Assembly (NCBI RefSeq): GCF_006345805.1
Contig: NC_043019.1
Location: forward strand, 14,011,360-14,075,359
Origin: Octopus sinensis
Lineage: Eukaryota
DNA length: 64,000 bases
Direction of reading: 5' to 3'
Part shown: positions 12,090-24,584 of the stretch, piece after piece
Position numbering within the stretch: the stretch's first letter is position 1
How the letters are laid out: the number at the start of each line of letters is the position of its first letter
Program-made: the position numbers and the translations under genes
The notes under the pieces: model-generated
Told to the model about the DNA's origin: nothing
Seen by the model: the letters and a program-made list of their open reading frames with translations, nothing else
The model's database searches: none

Positions 12090-12496
12090 AGGAGTGGCTG
12101 TGTGGTAAGTAGCTTGCTAACCAACCACATGGTTCCGGGTTCAGTCCCACTGTGTGGCATCTTGGGCAAGTGTCTTCTGCTATAGCCCCGGGCCGACCAA
12201 TGCCTTGTGAGTGGATTTGGTAGACGGAAACTGAAAGAAGCCTGTCGTATATATGTATATATATATGTATGTGTGTGTATGTGTTTGTGTGTCTGTGTTT
12301 GTCCCCCTAGCATTGCTTGACAACCGATGCTGGTGTGTTTATGTCCCCGTCACTTAGCGGTTCGGCAAAAGAGACCGATAGAATAAGTACTGGGCTTACA
12401 AAAGAATAAGTCCCGGGGTCGAGTTGCTCGATTAAAGGTGGTGCTCCAGCATGGCCGCAGTCAAATGACTGAAACAAGTAAAAGAGTAAAAGAGAG
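12090..12496 (+). mobile_element. SINE family A, full length, ending about 40 bp upstream of TSP1 exon 3
   Basis: Head at 12090, tail GAAACAAGTAAAAGAGTAAAAGAG. Confidence 0.8.
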
Positions 12497-12535
12497 TAAG
12501 CCACCCTTATATATATATGTATGTCTATGTTTTAG

Positions 12536-12709
12536 ACTTACCCAACAAGACCCACACCAGCTGGACATCATGGGGTGAGTGGTCCCATTGCTCAACTACA
12601 TGTGACTCAGGCCACCGAGAGAGATTTCGCAGTTGCTTACCAAAGGGCAGCAAATGCGAGGGTGGGGAGACTGAAGATGAAGAATGCATGCATGAACCTT
12701 GTCACGCAG
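12536..12709 (+). CDS. TSP1 exon 3
   Basis: tttAG|...|GTaagg, 174 bp, phase 1-1. [57 protein letters not shown]. Confidence 0.92.
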
Positions 12710-12840
12710 GTAAGGAAAGCATTTAAGAATATTTATGGTACCTTTGCAAAGTTCTAGTAAAAATAGACGTTGCTGTAACAGTCAAAGTTTATTATTATTT
12801 TTTTTTTAACTTCTAACTCAACCAATCTTCGATGTTGTTG

Positions 12841-12893
<53 letters not shown>

Positions 12894-14003
12894 GAGTGAG
12901 AGAGCAGTTCATGCCATCAAAGTGACACTGGGGTAAAATATACGAAGCCCAATATACCCATCATGACTACCCGTCTGATAAGGGTACACCAGGCACATGC
13001 ACCACAACCATATGTGCGCGACATGGTGATCTCATATCAAGATAAACAGCACATAACCTTGCAGTTAGAATTTTCTTCAGGTTGAGTAGCCCATCCTGCT
13101 CAAAAGGTCCCTGAATAAGGGTTGTTTAAGGATTTTGAAAGAACCACCCATGTTTCCAGAGGTGAATTATTCAAACCCCAAAGAATCCCTCTCAACACAT
13201 GGCTATGATGCTCCCCCACTTATTATTATTATTATTGACAATTGCAGCGTGGAAGGTGTTTATAAGCCATTTAAGAAACACACAAAAGCCGTTCGATTCA
13301 TTTCAACATTTAAGTTTAATTTGTCAAAATATTTTCGTCGCTTTAAGACCGTGACCTCTTCACTGACAAAAATCCATGCTGCATCATTGTTTTCATTTCA
13401 GTACACGATCTCAGATCAAATCACTTGCTATGCAAGTACTTCTCCGTAATTATTATTATTTATCTTCATAAATGTATTTCCTACGCTGTAATGAAAAAAT
13501 GTGTAACATGAAATTGAAAATATATACTAAATTTTCCAATTTTATTATGATTTTGATTTTGACTTTTGATTTTTCCAGTTTCAGCTCATGAGCTGTGGCC
13601 ATGCTGGGGCACCGCCATTTATATATATATTATATATTATATATATATTATATATATATTATATATACGTAAAAACACGTAAAAAAAAGCACGTAAAAAA
13701 CACCCACTACACTCGCGGAGTGGTTGGCGTTAGGAAGGGCATCCAGCCGTAGAAACACTGCCAGATCTGACTGGGCCTGACGAAGCCTTCCAGCTTCACA
13801 GACCCCAGTTGACCCGTCCAACCCATGCTAGCATGGAAAACGGACGCTAAACGATGATGATGATGATGATGATGATATATATATTATATATATATTGTTA
13901 TCAGTTATTTATATGTACGTATGTATGTATGTATGTATATATATATGTATTCATCATTCCCTCTCTCTAACTCTTCCTCCTTGACTCTCTCGTTGCTGAC
14001 ACT

Positions 14004-14414
14004 CTCTCTTTACTCTCTTTACTCTTTTACTTGTTTCAGTCATTTGACTGTGGCCATGCTGGAGCACCGCCTTTAATCAAGCAACTCGACCCCGGGACTT
14101 ATTCTTTTGTAAGCCCAGTACTTATTCTATCGGTCTCTTTTGCCGAATCGCTAAGTAATGGGGACATAAACACACCAGCATCGGTTGTCAAGCAATGCTA
14201 GGGGGACAAACACAGACACACAAACACACACACGCATATATATACATACATATATACGACGGGCTTCTTTCAGTTTCCGTCTACCAAATCCACTCACAAG
14301 CCTTTGGTCAGCCCGAGGCTATAGTAGAAGACACCTGCCCAAGGCGCCACGCAGTGGGACTGAACCCGGGACCATGTGGTTGGTAAACAAGCTACTTACC
14401 ACACAGCCACTCCT
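14004..14414 (-). mobile_element. SINE family A, full length
   Basis: Reverse complement of the 12090-12496 copy, highly similar. Confidence 0.8.
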
Positions 14415-15013
14415 GCGCATGATGAAAAGGAATCTATCTTTCTGTCCATTTCCTTCCTAAAGACAAGACATGCTTATACCTGTCTCCTCTCATAGCTCAT
14501 CCTCCTAGTGTTCATAATAATTTGTCCATCGTCTTGGCTTAACAACCCTCACCATTTGTTTTTACTGTCTTCTTCTCACTGTCCTCTTCTTGTTACCACT
14601 TTCACCTTCTGCAAAAAATCCCAAATTTTATTTAATTTGCTTTGCAGGAAGGTCTGTTTCAATGAAGTCGCATCTTGTCCTAACCTTCAAAACATGGAGT
14701 AGATAAAACAGGGAAAACTGATGAAGGGGAATATTCTTTATGTTGAATATCTCGTTTCTCTTTTTGTCTTTTCCGTTGTTCGAAAAAAAGTTCGTTTTCT
14801 ATATTTTTGTTTTTATGTTTTCATTTCTCATTGTGTTCAACGTTTTTTTGATGTCCTGTACCCAGATATGCATGTATATATTCATATATATGTAGGTATG
14901 TACACATATGTATGTATATATGCATATATTTATGATATGTATGTATGTACATACATATGTAAACCAAGAAGAATAACAGGGAAACAGCTTACATGTACAT
15001 CTGTATATTTTAG

Positions 15014-15187
15014 GATTGCTGCACAAAGCCAACAGCAGCTGGACATCATGGAGTGAATGGTCACATTGTTCATCAACATGTGACTCAGGCCAGCGAAAGA
15101 GATTTCGCAGCTGCTTACCGAAGGGTAGCGAATGCGAGGGAAATGTTACCGAAGACGAAGAATGCATGCACAAACCTTGTCAAACAG
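15014..15187 (+). CDS. TSP1 exon 4
   Basis: tttAG|...|GTaagg, 174 bp, phase 1-1. [57 protein letters not shown]. Confidence 0.92.
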
Positions 15188-15210
15188 GTAAGGAGAACAC
15201 TTGGAAATAG

Positions 15211-15876
15211 GACAGACACACGGATTAAGCCGATTATATCGACCCCAGTGCATAACTGGTACTTATATAATCGACCCCGAAAGGATGAAAGGCAAAGTCG
15301 ACCTCAGCGGAATTTGAACTCAGTTTGCCGTTATGTTCTGAGTTCAAATTCCACTGAGGTCGACTTTGCCTTTCATCTTTTCGGGGTCGATAAATTAAGT
15401 ACCAGTTACACACTGGGGTCGATATAATCGACTTAATCCGTTCGTCTGTCCTTGTTTGTCCTCTCTGTGTTTAGCCCCTTGTGGGTAATAAAGAAATAGG
15501 TATTTCGTCTCTCTTTATGTTCTGAGTTCAAATTCCGCCGAGGTCGACTTTGCCTTTCATCCTTTCGGGGTCGATAAATTAAGTACCAGTTACGCACTGG
15601 GGTCGATATAATCGACTTAATCCGTTTGTCTGTCCTTGTCTGTCCTCTCTGTGTTTAGCCCCTTGTGGGTAGTAAAGAAATAGGTATTTCGTCTCTCTTT
15701 ACGTTCTGAGTTCAAATTCCGCCAAGGTCGACTTTGCCTTTCATCCTTTCGGGGTTGATAAATTAAGTACCAGTTACGCACTGGGGTCGATATAATCGAC
15801 CTAATCCGTTTGTCTGTCCTTGTCTGTCCTTGTCTGTCCTCTCTGTGTTTAGCTCCTTGTGGGTAGTAAAGAAATA
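15211..15876. repeat. SINE family C array: one inverted partial copy plus three head-to-tail copies of about 183 bp
   Basis: TTCTGAGTTCAAATTCC...GTCGACTTTGCCTTTCATC recurs at about 15337, 15520 and 15703. Its reverse complement lies at 15211-15322. Confidence 0.8.
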
Positions 15877-16478
15877 GGTCAGGAGAGCACTTGAAAATAT
15901 TCGCTCGTACATTTGCAAAGTTCACATAAGCAAATGTTATTGTAGTAGTCACAGGTTTTTGATCTGTTTTGAATTCTCATCTATTTTCAGTTACCTTTGA
16001 AATGAATTTCTTTTTGTAGTCTTATTTCTGGTTTACCATGATGTTCCATGCCTCTAAGGTTCTTCTATGAGACGAGATATTTATTCTTAGTCTAGAATGT
16101 ATTTCATCTCGTTACCTGAAGGGCTGATATCCAATCATCTGATGCATCTCAGCTTGGATGTAATTAGTTTTGTTTCTGCTTCGGTCCAATCGAAACTGCG
16201 TATGCTCCATCCATCCACCCACCACCGCCACTCCACCCTTGCCACACACAACTGATATTGTATCTTACCTTTTATCTTTTACTTGTTTCAGTCACTGGAC
16301 TGTGGCCATGCTGGGGCACTGCCTCAAAGAATTTTTAGTCAAATGAATAATCCGTAGTATTTCTTTTATTTCTAAGCCTGGTACTTACGCTGTCAGTCTC
16401 TTTTGCTGAACCACTACGTTATGGGGATGTAAACACACCAACACCAATTGCCAAGCAATGGTAAGGGGACAAAGACAT

Positions 16479-16523
<45 letters not shown>

Positions 16524-16847
16524 ACACACACACATACATACATACATATATATACATGACAGGCTTCTTTCAGTTTCCATCTACTAAATCCACTCAAGGC
16601 TTAGTGTCCTTGAGGAAGGGACCTTCCTTCACATTGCCCCAGTCCCCTCAGCTGCTGAAATGAATTCTAGCTGTAATTCAAAGGGCCAGATTTGTCACAT
16701 TCTGTATCACACTGAATCTCCTTGAGAACTATTTTAAGGGTCCACGTGTCTGTGGAGTGGTCAGCCACTTGGACATTAATTTCATGATCAGGCCGTTCTG
16801 TTGCTTGAACCAACTGGAATCTTTGTCGTCATAATGACAGAGTTCCA

Positions 16848-17440
16848 CCAAGGTCGTTTTTGCCTTTCGTCCTTTTGAGATCGATGAATTAAGTACTAGT
16901 TGCATACTGGGGTTAACCTAATCCACTGGCACCCTCCCCAAAAATTTCGGGCCTTGTGCCTAGAGTAGAAAAGAATATATTTAGATCCGAAGTGGTGAGC
17001 TAACAGAAACGTTAACACGCCGGGCGAAATGCTTAGTTGTATTACACCTGTCTTTACATTCTGAGTTCAAATTCTGCCAAGGACGACTTTGCCTTTCTTA
17101 CTTTCGGGCTTGATAAATTAAGTACTAGTTGCGTACTGGGGTTGATCTAATCGACTGGTGCCCTCCCCCAAAATTTCAGGCCTTGTGCCTAGAGTAGAAA
17201 AGAATATATTTAGATCCAAAGTGATGAATTATCAGAAAGTTAACACGCCGGGCGAAATGCTTAGTTGCATTTCACCTGTCTTTACATTCTGAGTTCAAAT
17301 TCTGCCATGGGCGACTTTTCCTTTCATCCTTTCGGGGTTGATAAATTAAGTACTAGTTGCATACTGGGGTTGATCTAATCGACTGGTGCCCCCCACCCCA
17401 AAAAATTTCGGGCCTTGTGCCTAAAGTAGAAAAGAATAAG
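16848..17440 (+). repeat. head-to-tail tandem array (about 230-bp unit) of a SINE family C variant
   Basis: GCCTTGTGCCTA recurs at 16951, 17180 and 17412. Confidence 0.8.
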
Positions 17441-17577
17441 ATTCCTATGTATGTAGTTATTGAAGCAACTAGATGTATTCCACAGATTATTTGTTCAATT
17501 GCGTCTAGTAGTGTGTTGTGTTGTAGTATACATATATATGGAAGACCAGACATTAAACAATGATGATGATGATGATG

Positions 17578-17608
<31 letters not shown>

Positions 17609-17835
17609 TTTACATATATATATATATATATACACACACACATATATATACACACACATATATATACACGCACACACACACATATGTACACATTTATATA
17701 CACACATATATATATATTCATACACACACACATATATATACACGCACACACACACATATATATACACACACACATATATATACACACACACATATATATA
17801 CACACACACATATATATACACACACACATATATAT

Positions 17836-17875
<40 letters not shown>

Positions 17876-18158
17876 GCAAAGAGAAGAGAATGCTTTGAGA
17901 ATGTTGTCATGAAGGAGAGCATTGGTTTTTCAGGTGATCCGGTCGTGCTGACATGAAAGGGGAAAAAGCAAATTGAAAAGAAATTAGATTCATCTTTCAT
18001 GACATCAGTTCTGGAAGTTCACTTGTTTTTCTTACCAAATTCACAAGGTTCCTGGTGGCTGGTTTCCTTTTGATGACTGCTGGGCTTCGGCAGCAGTGAC
18101 AGCCATAGCAGTGGTAATGGTGGTGGTGGCGGCAGCAGCAGCAGCAGCAGCAGCAGCA

Positions 18159-18197
<39 letters not shown>

Positions 18198-18906
18198 CAG
18201 CAGCAGCAGCAGCAATGAAGAACTATGAAAGAAGGCGAGTAAGTACTGGGGGTGGGGGAAAGAAGGGGGAACTAACAGCCGGGTCATTTTCGAAGACCCA
18301 GAATGGAAACGTAAACACCTGAAAGACTTTCCCTCCCACTTCAACTATACTTCCTCTGCTTCTGTCCCTCCCCTCTCTCCCGCTTTGCTACTCACTGCCA
18401 CTCCGCTTAATACCTTCTATTTCTCTTTTTCTTTGTACCTCCTCCTTCAAACTCTTTACCTCTTCCTATGAAGTATGTGTGACACACACCGCAGATACAT
18501 ACAAAAACAAACAAAACTAAGCATATTAATATTATTGATATATATTTCCACACACACACACACGAATATATATACCTGAGTGTGTGTGTGTATGTATCAA
18601 CATGTATGCATGTATATATATATATATAGCCATGATAGATCGTTAGCTCCTACACGCATTTTTTTTCTCTCCTTGTTTCTCTCCTTGTTTTTTTCTGTGT
18701 ATCTTTCTGTCAAAGAGCGTAGGCTCGAAATGTAAAAGACTTGTTCTATTTCTATTCCTGAGCGCCATACTAATACATTTGTTTGTTTGTACTCCACCTG
18801 CCTTCGTCTTTTGTTTATTTTCGTAAACCTTCCCGTTATATATATATATATTTATATATTTGTTGAGTTGATATAGGACTGTGTTCTATAACTGCTCATA
18901 ATACAC

Positions 18907-18954
<48 letters not shown>

Positions 18955-18964
18955 TAAATTTTAG

Positions 18965-19138
18965 GATCACCAAACAAGACTCACAGCAGCTGGACATCAT
19001 GGAGTGAATGGTCACATTGTTCATCAACATGTGACTCAGGCCAGCGAAAGAGATTTCGCAGCTGCTTACCGAAGGGTAGCGAATGCGAGGGAAATGTTAC
19101 CGAAGACGAAGAATGCATGCACAAACCTTGTCAAACAG
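18965..19138 (+). CDS. TSP1 exon 5
   Basis: tttAG|...|GTaagg, 174 bp, phase 1-1. The last 156 nt are identical to exon 4. Confidence 0.92.
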
Positions 19139-20140
19139 GTAAGGAGAGCACTTGGAAATATTTGTTCTACATTTGCTAAATTGATGTAAATATTATCTTT
19201 CATCTTTTAATCAAGAGAAAAGGGCAATATTTATGACCTTTTGACAGGGCCTCTAAGACTGATTGAAGGGAGGGATGAAGCTATATTGAAACTGGAGCGA
19301 ATAAGGCGGCGAGCTGGCAGAAACGTTAGCACGCCGGGCGAAATGCGTTGCCGTATTTCGTCTGCCGTTACATTCCGAGTTCAAATTCCGCCGAGGTCGA
19401 CTTTGCCTTTCATCCTTCCGGGGTCGATAAATTAAGTACCAGTTATGCACTGGGGTCGATGTAATCGACTTAATCCGTTTGTCTGTCGTTGTTTGTCTCC
19501 TCTGTGTTTAGCCCCTTGTGTGTGTAGTAAAGAAATATATATTGAAACTGGAGATTTCACCCAGGTTCTTGTAGCAGATTGGACACTGCTAAAAGCACAG
19601 ATAGGTCATCTTGAGGCATTAAATCCGGTGATGGATTTAAGTTTATCGCTTCAGTATCAAATTCCCGTTGTTGTAATCATGATAGACTTTAGCTGTTGTT
19701 GCGAGGGGGTTTGTTGGCTGGTCTGAGGTGATGACAGGTTGAGGTGATGAATGAAAATGTGTTTCTCATGCTGCGTGAAGAAGTAACTGACAATGCCCTT
19801 AAACAGTTAACAGGTGATTTTGTTACTGGACATTAAAGTTTTAACTGTGTTGGTCTTTTAATAATACTAACAGTTATAATTACAGCGGTGAGCTGGCAGA
19901 AATGTTAGCACACCTGGTGAAACGCTGAGCAGTATTTCGTCTGCCGCTACGTTCTGAGTTCAAATTCTTGCAACCTTTCAATAGTCTTGACTCTCAAGGT
20001 TGCAAGACGCAATGAAAATTTTAGGAAAATAAAAATAAGAAATAAGTGGAAATTTTACTGGTGAGTGTGTTAAATTATAAGGCACAAAAGAAAATTACTC
20101 TCCCCAGACACAAAAGAGTATATATATGTATATATTATAG

Positions 20141-20495
20141 GTTATGAGAGGTAATGGTGTCAGGAAGACCCAAAGGTGTCAGGTAATGCCGAGTAAGAGT
20201 TATGAACAGACTATAGTTAAGCTCCAGGTTTGAGGATTATATAGATGAGGAGTCCAACGTAGGTCATATATCAGCATGTGTATATATAAAAAAATTAACA
20301 GAATGAGATAAAGAATCCAAGACTGTGAAAGATTTCAGAACATTTATAAAAGGAAAGTCTTACAGCTGTTTCCAGGATATTTTATATATCCCTTCATCAG
20401 AGACGGTGCAAGAAAATGGTTAAATTTTCTTTATAAATGTTCTGAAATCTTTCACAGCCTTGGATTCTTTATCTCATTCTGTTAATTTTATATAT
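20141..20495 (-). mobile_element. Penelope-like foldback element containing a hammerhead motif (copy 2; hammerhead 20357-20404)
   Basis: Near-identical to 9690-10045, with the same GUCU/AGAC stem I and ACAGCUGU stem III. Confidence 0.65.
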
Positions 20496-20908
20496 ATTAA
20501 TGAATGTATGTATGTATGTATGTATGTGTATGTATGTATGTATGTATTAACCATCTAACCTGAATTGGATGTGCTGCTTAGAAGGCCTTAGACTACAGTG
20601 AATGTCCCAAAAAATATTCGTATATAGACAACAAATGTTAAAAAGTACAGGTTATATTAGCTGACAAACTTTTCCTCAATCACCAGATGGCACTACTGAA
20701 TCACATGATTTCATGGATCATCAGTAGATGCTAACCAAGCACCAAATACCAGATCGAAAATCAGTGAAACTGATGTAGCATAATACTAATTAAACAGCAA
20801 ATGATAGCGTAAAAAGCTGGTGGGCTGTGAATAAACTAGCTCTTAGCTGCAAAAGTGGCCTTTCTAATGAATATTAATTAGCACATCCAATATGAATTCA
20901 TGTTTTAG

Positions 20909-21082
20909 AATCACTCAACAAGACTCATACCAGCTGGACGTCATGGAGTGAGTGGTCCAGTTGCTCAACTACATGTGACTCAGGCCACCGAAGGAGATTT
21001 CGCAGCTGCTTACCAAAGGGCAGTAAATGCCGTGGAAGTATTACTGCAGAGGAAGAATGCATGCACGAACCTTGTCGCCCAT
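20909..21082 (+). CDS. TSP1 exon 6
   Basis: ttttAG|...|GTaagg, 174 bp, phase 1-1. [57 protein letters not shown]. Confidence 0.9.
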
Positions 21083-21374
21083 GTAAGGAAAACCTTTGAA
21101 AATATTCACTGTACATTTGCAAAGCTAATGTAAATATTATTTTTCACCTTTTAATCAGGAGAAAAGGGCAATATTTATGACCCTTTTACAAAACTGTATT
21201 CAAACTGGTGATCCCACCCAGGTGCTTATAAGGGAGTGGATTCCGCTAAACACACTGAAGGGTCATCTTGTGACATAAAACCTTGTAATGGATCAAGTTT
21301 ATCACTTCAGTGTGAAATTTCCATTGTCATAATTGTCACACACACATACACACACATATATACACATATTTATA

Positions 21375-21426
<52 letters not shown>

Positions 21427-21549
21427 AATATATACAGACACATATATATGCATACATACATATATAAATAAATGCATACACACACACGCATACATCATCT
21501 TCATCATCAGTTTTTAACATCCCTTCTTCCACTCTAGCATGGGTGGGAC

Positions 21550-21580
<31 letters not shown>

Positions 21581-21581
21581 G

Positions 21582-22476
21582 CAGGGCATTATCAATAAGT
21601 ACCTCAACTGTTGCCATAGTAATGAAGGTAAAGCACACAGAGTAAAGCCACTTGGCACAGATTTACCTTGAACTCTACTGTGCATGCGCACTAAGTTTTA
21701 ACAGTCTAGCCCACTTCTTCTGTTTACGGCAGTGCTTGGAAGGAAGGTGTGTAGCGTGTGATCATCGCATTGACTATGACAGAGAAAGTTGAGCAGAGAA
21801 TCTGCATCAAATTTTGTCAAATGTTTGGCAATACCAGCTGAGAGGCCTACACAAAGTTTACAAAAAGTTTTCACTGTTCTCAACACAATCAAGGAGATCT
21901 TTTACAACTGAGACCCGAGTGTCTTTTTGGTCAGTTGAAAGCAGTTTTGGCACAAACTTGGCAGATATGCATCTCATACCCAAATCTTCAGTGATAAAGG
22001 ACTGAACTGAACTGTAACTCACCTGTACATCCTCTGATAACTCATGGTTGGTGATTCAACGATTTCCCCTCACAGCTGCACACACATCTGCAATGTTTTT
22101 CTCAGTTCTGCTGGTTGCAGGTCTCCCAGAACTTTCAACAATACCAACATTTTTTCAGCTCTCTTGGAAACGTTTGAGCCACATGTATATTTGTGTGCAA
22201 CTCTACACTCCTCTCCATACACTTTCTGCAACTTTGTGCATGCCACTGAGCAGGTGTCACCATGACAACTTTCTCTGTCGTGGTCAATGCAATGATCACA
22301 CGCTACACACCTTCCTTCCAAGTACTGCTGTAAACAGCAGGAGTGAGCTGGAACATTAAAACCTAGTGTCCATGCACAACAGAGTTCATGGTCAAGCTTT
22401 GCCAAAGCTGCTTCACTCTGCATGGTTTAGCTTCATTGCTATAAAAACAATCCGGATACTTATTGATCAAACCTTG
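21582..22476. mobile_element. mariner-derived element made of two inverted transposase 5' ends
   Basis: TIR-like CAGGGCATTATCAATAAGTA / TACTTATTGATCAAACCTTG|TA. MTEKVEQRICIKFCQMFGNT on + from 21776 and KLQKVYGEEC on -, with stops. Confidence 0.7.
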
Positions 22477-22602
22477 TATATAAACACATACACATATATA
22501 CATGCATATATATATACCACTATGCCTAAGTGAAATCGTAACATATATCATCATCATCATCATCATAATTTAATGTGCGCTTTCCATATATATGTGTTTT
22601 AG

Positions 22603-22776
22603 ATTTTATCAACAAGACCCGTACCAGCTGGACATCATGGAGTGAGTGGTCCGGTTGCTCGACTACATGTGACTCAGGCCGCCGAAAGAGATTTCGCAGC
22701 TGCTTACCAAAGGGCAGTGAATGCCGTGGAAATATTACTGCAGAGGAAGAATGCATGCACGAACCTTGTCACAAAA
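22603..22776 (+). CDS. TSP1 exon 7
   Basis: ttttAG|...|GTaagg, 174 bp, phase 1-1. [57 protein letters not shown]. Confidence 0.92.
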
Positions 22777-24175
22777 GTAAGGAAAACCTTTGAAAATATT
22801 CACTGTTCATTTGCAAAGCTAATATAAACATTATTATTTTTCATCTTTTAATCAAGAGAAAAGGGCAATTTTTATCATCATCATCATCATCGTTTAACGT
22901 CTGTTTTCCGGGCTAGCATGGGTTGGATGGTTCAACTGGGGTCTGGCAAGCCAGGAAGCTGCACCAGGCTCTAGTCTGATCTGGCAGTGTTTCTACAGCT
23001 AGATGCCCTTCCTAATGCCAACCACTCTGTGAGTGTAGTGGGTGCTTTTTATGTGCCACCGGCACAGGGGCCAGAGGAGGCTGGCAAATGGTCACGATCG
23101 GATGGTGCTTTTTACATGCCACTGGCACAGAAGCCGGTCAAGGCGGTGCTGGCATCGGCCACTTTTGGATGGTGCTTTTTATGTGCCACCAGCACAGGTA
23201 TCACAACTACAATTTCCATTTGATATTGATTTTGATGTTGATGTACTTTTTTCTACAGGGACTCTAAGACTCATGGAGTGGCGGGTGGGTGGGGGGTGGA
23301 GAAGAATGAAGCTATATTGTAACTGGAAATTTCACCCAGGTGCTTGTGACAAAGAGGACTCTGCTAAAGTCATTGAAGGGTCATATTGTGGCATTAAACC
23401 TTGTAATGGATTAAGTCTATCACCCCAGTGTGAAATTTCCATTGTTGTAATTGTCACGGATTTTAGGTCTCTTTAAATTCTGGTCACATCAGAAAGGAGC
23501 ATGGCTTAGTGGTTCGGGTATTTGGCACATGATCGTAAGGTCATGTGTTCAATTCCTTGTGGTTCGTTGTGACTCTAAACGAAACTCTTCATTTGACGCT
23601 GCTCCAGTCCACTCAGCTGGCACAAGTGAGTAGTACCTGTAATTCAAAGGGCCAGCCTTGTCACGTTCTGTGTCACAATGAATCCCACTGGAAACAAAAT
23701 TATAGGCGTAGGAGTGGCTGTGTGGTAAGTAGTTTGCTTACCAACCACATGGTTCCAGGTTCAGTCCCACTTCGTGACATCTTGGGCAAGTGTCTTCTAC
23801 TATCGCCTTGGGCTGACCAAAGCCTTGTGAGTGGATTTGGTAGATGGAAACTGAAAGAAGCCCATCGTATATATGTATATATATGTGTGTATGAGTATAT
23901 GTTTGTCCCACCAAAATGCTTGACAACCGATGCTGGTGTGTTTACGTACCTGTAACTTAGCGGTTTGGCAAAAGGGTCCGATAGAATAAGTACTAGGATT
24001 ACAAAGAATAAGTCCTGGGTTAGATTTGCTTACTAAAGGCGGTGCTCATATATATATATACGATAACTAATATATAGTCTTCTTGACTAATTTTTTTTGC
24101 ACGTTAGACCACTGGAAATGTAAATTTTGATTGAATATTTTAAATTTAATTAAATTCCATTTCCCTTTTGATATG

Positions 24176-24207
<32 letters not shown>

Positions 24208-24369
24208 TTATATATATGTATATGTATATGTGTGTGTGTGTATGTATATATATATGTTTGTGTATATATATATGTATATATATCTACACATATATATGTA
24301 CCACTATGCCTTAGTGAAATGATAACAATCATCATCATCATCATCATCATCATTTAATGTGTGCTTTCC

Positions 24370-24405
<36 letters not shown>

Positions 24406-24410
24406 TTTAG

Positions 24411-24584
24411 ATTTACTTAATAAGACCCGTAGCAGCTGGACATCATGGAGTGAGTGGTCCGGTTGCTCGACTACATGTGACTCGGGCCGCCGAAGGAGAT
24501 TTCGCAGATGCTTACCAAAGGGCAGTGAATGCCGTGGAAATATTACTGCAGAGGAAGAATGCATGCACGAACCTTGTCACCCAA
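24411..24584 (+). CDS. TSP1 exon 8
   Basis: ttttAG|...|GTaagg, 174 bp, phase 1-1. [57 protein letters not shown]. Confidence 0.92.

Noticed and set aside
14707-14760. CTGATGAAGGGGAATATTC motif (also on - near 29845-29875)
   Set aside because: No GAAA follows the stem, so a hammerhead cannot be closed, although the repeat may be Penelope-related.
15211-17440. CRISPR-like or other regularly spaced repeat array
   Set aside because: The units are whole SINE copies without unique spacers, in a eukaryotic intron.
20693-20727. Hammerhead-like CUGAUGA-UCCAU-GAA-AUCA-UG-UGAU-U-CAGUAG on the minus strand
   Set aside because: It has no stem II, and stem I pairs only by using the core CUG. At best a decayed copy.
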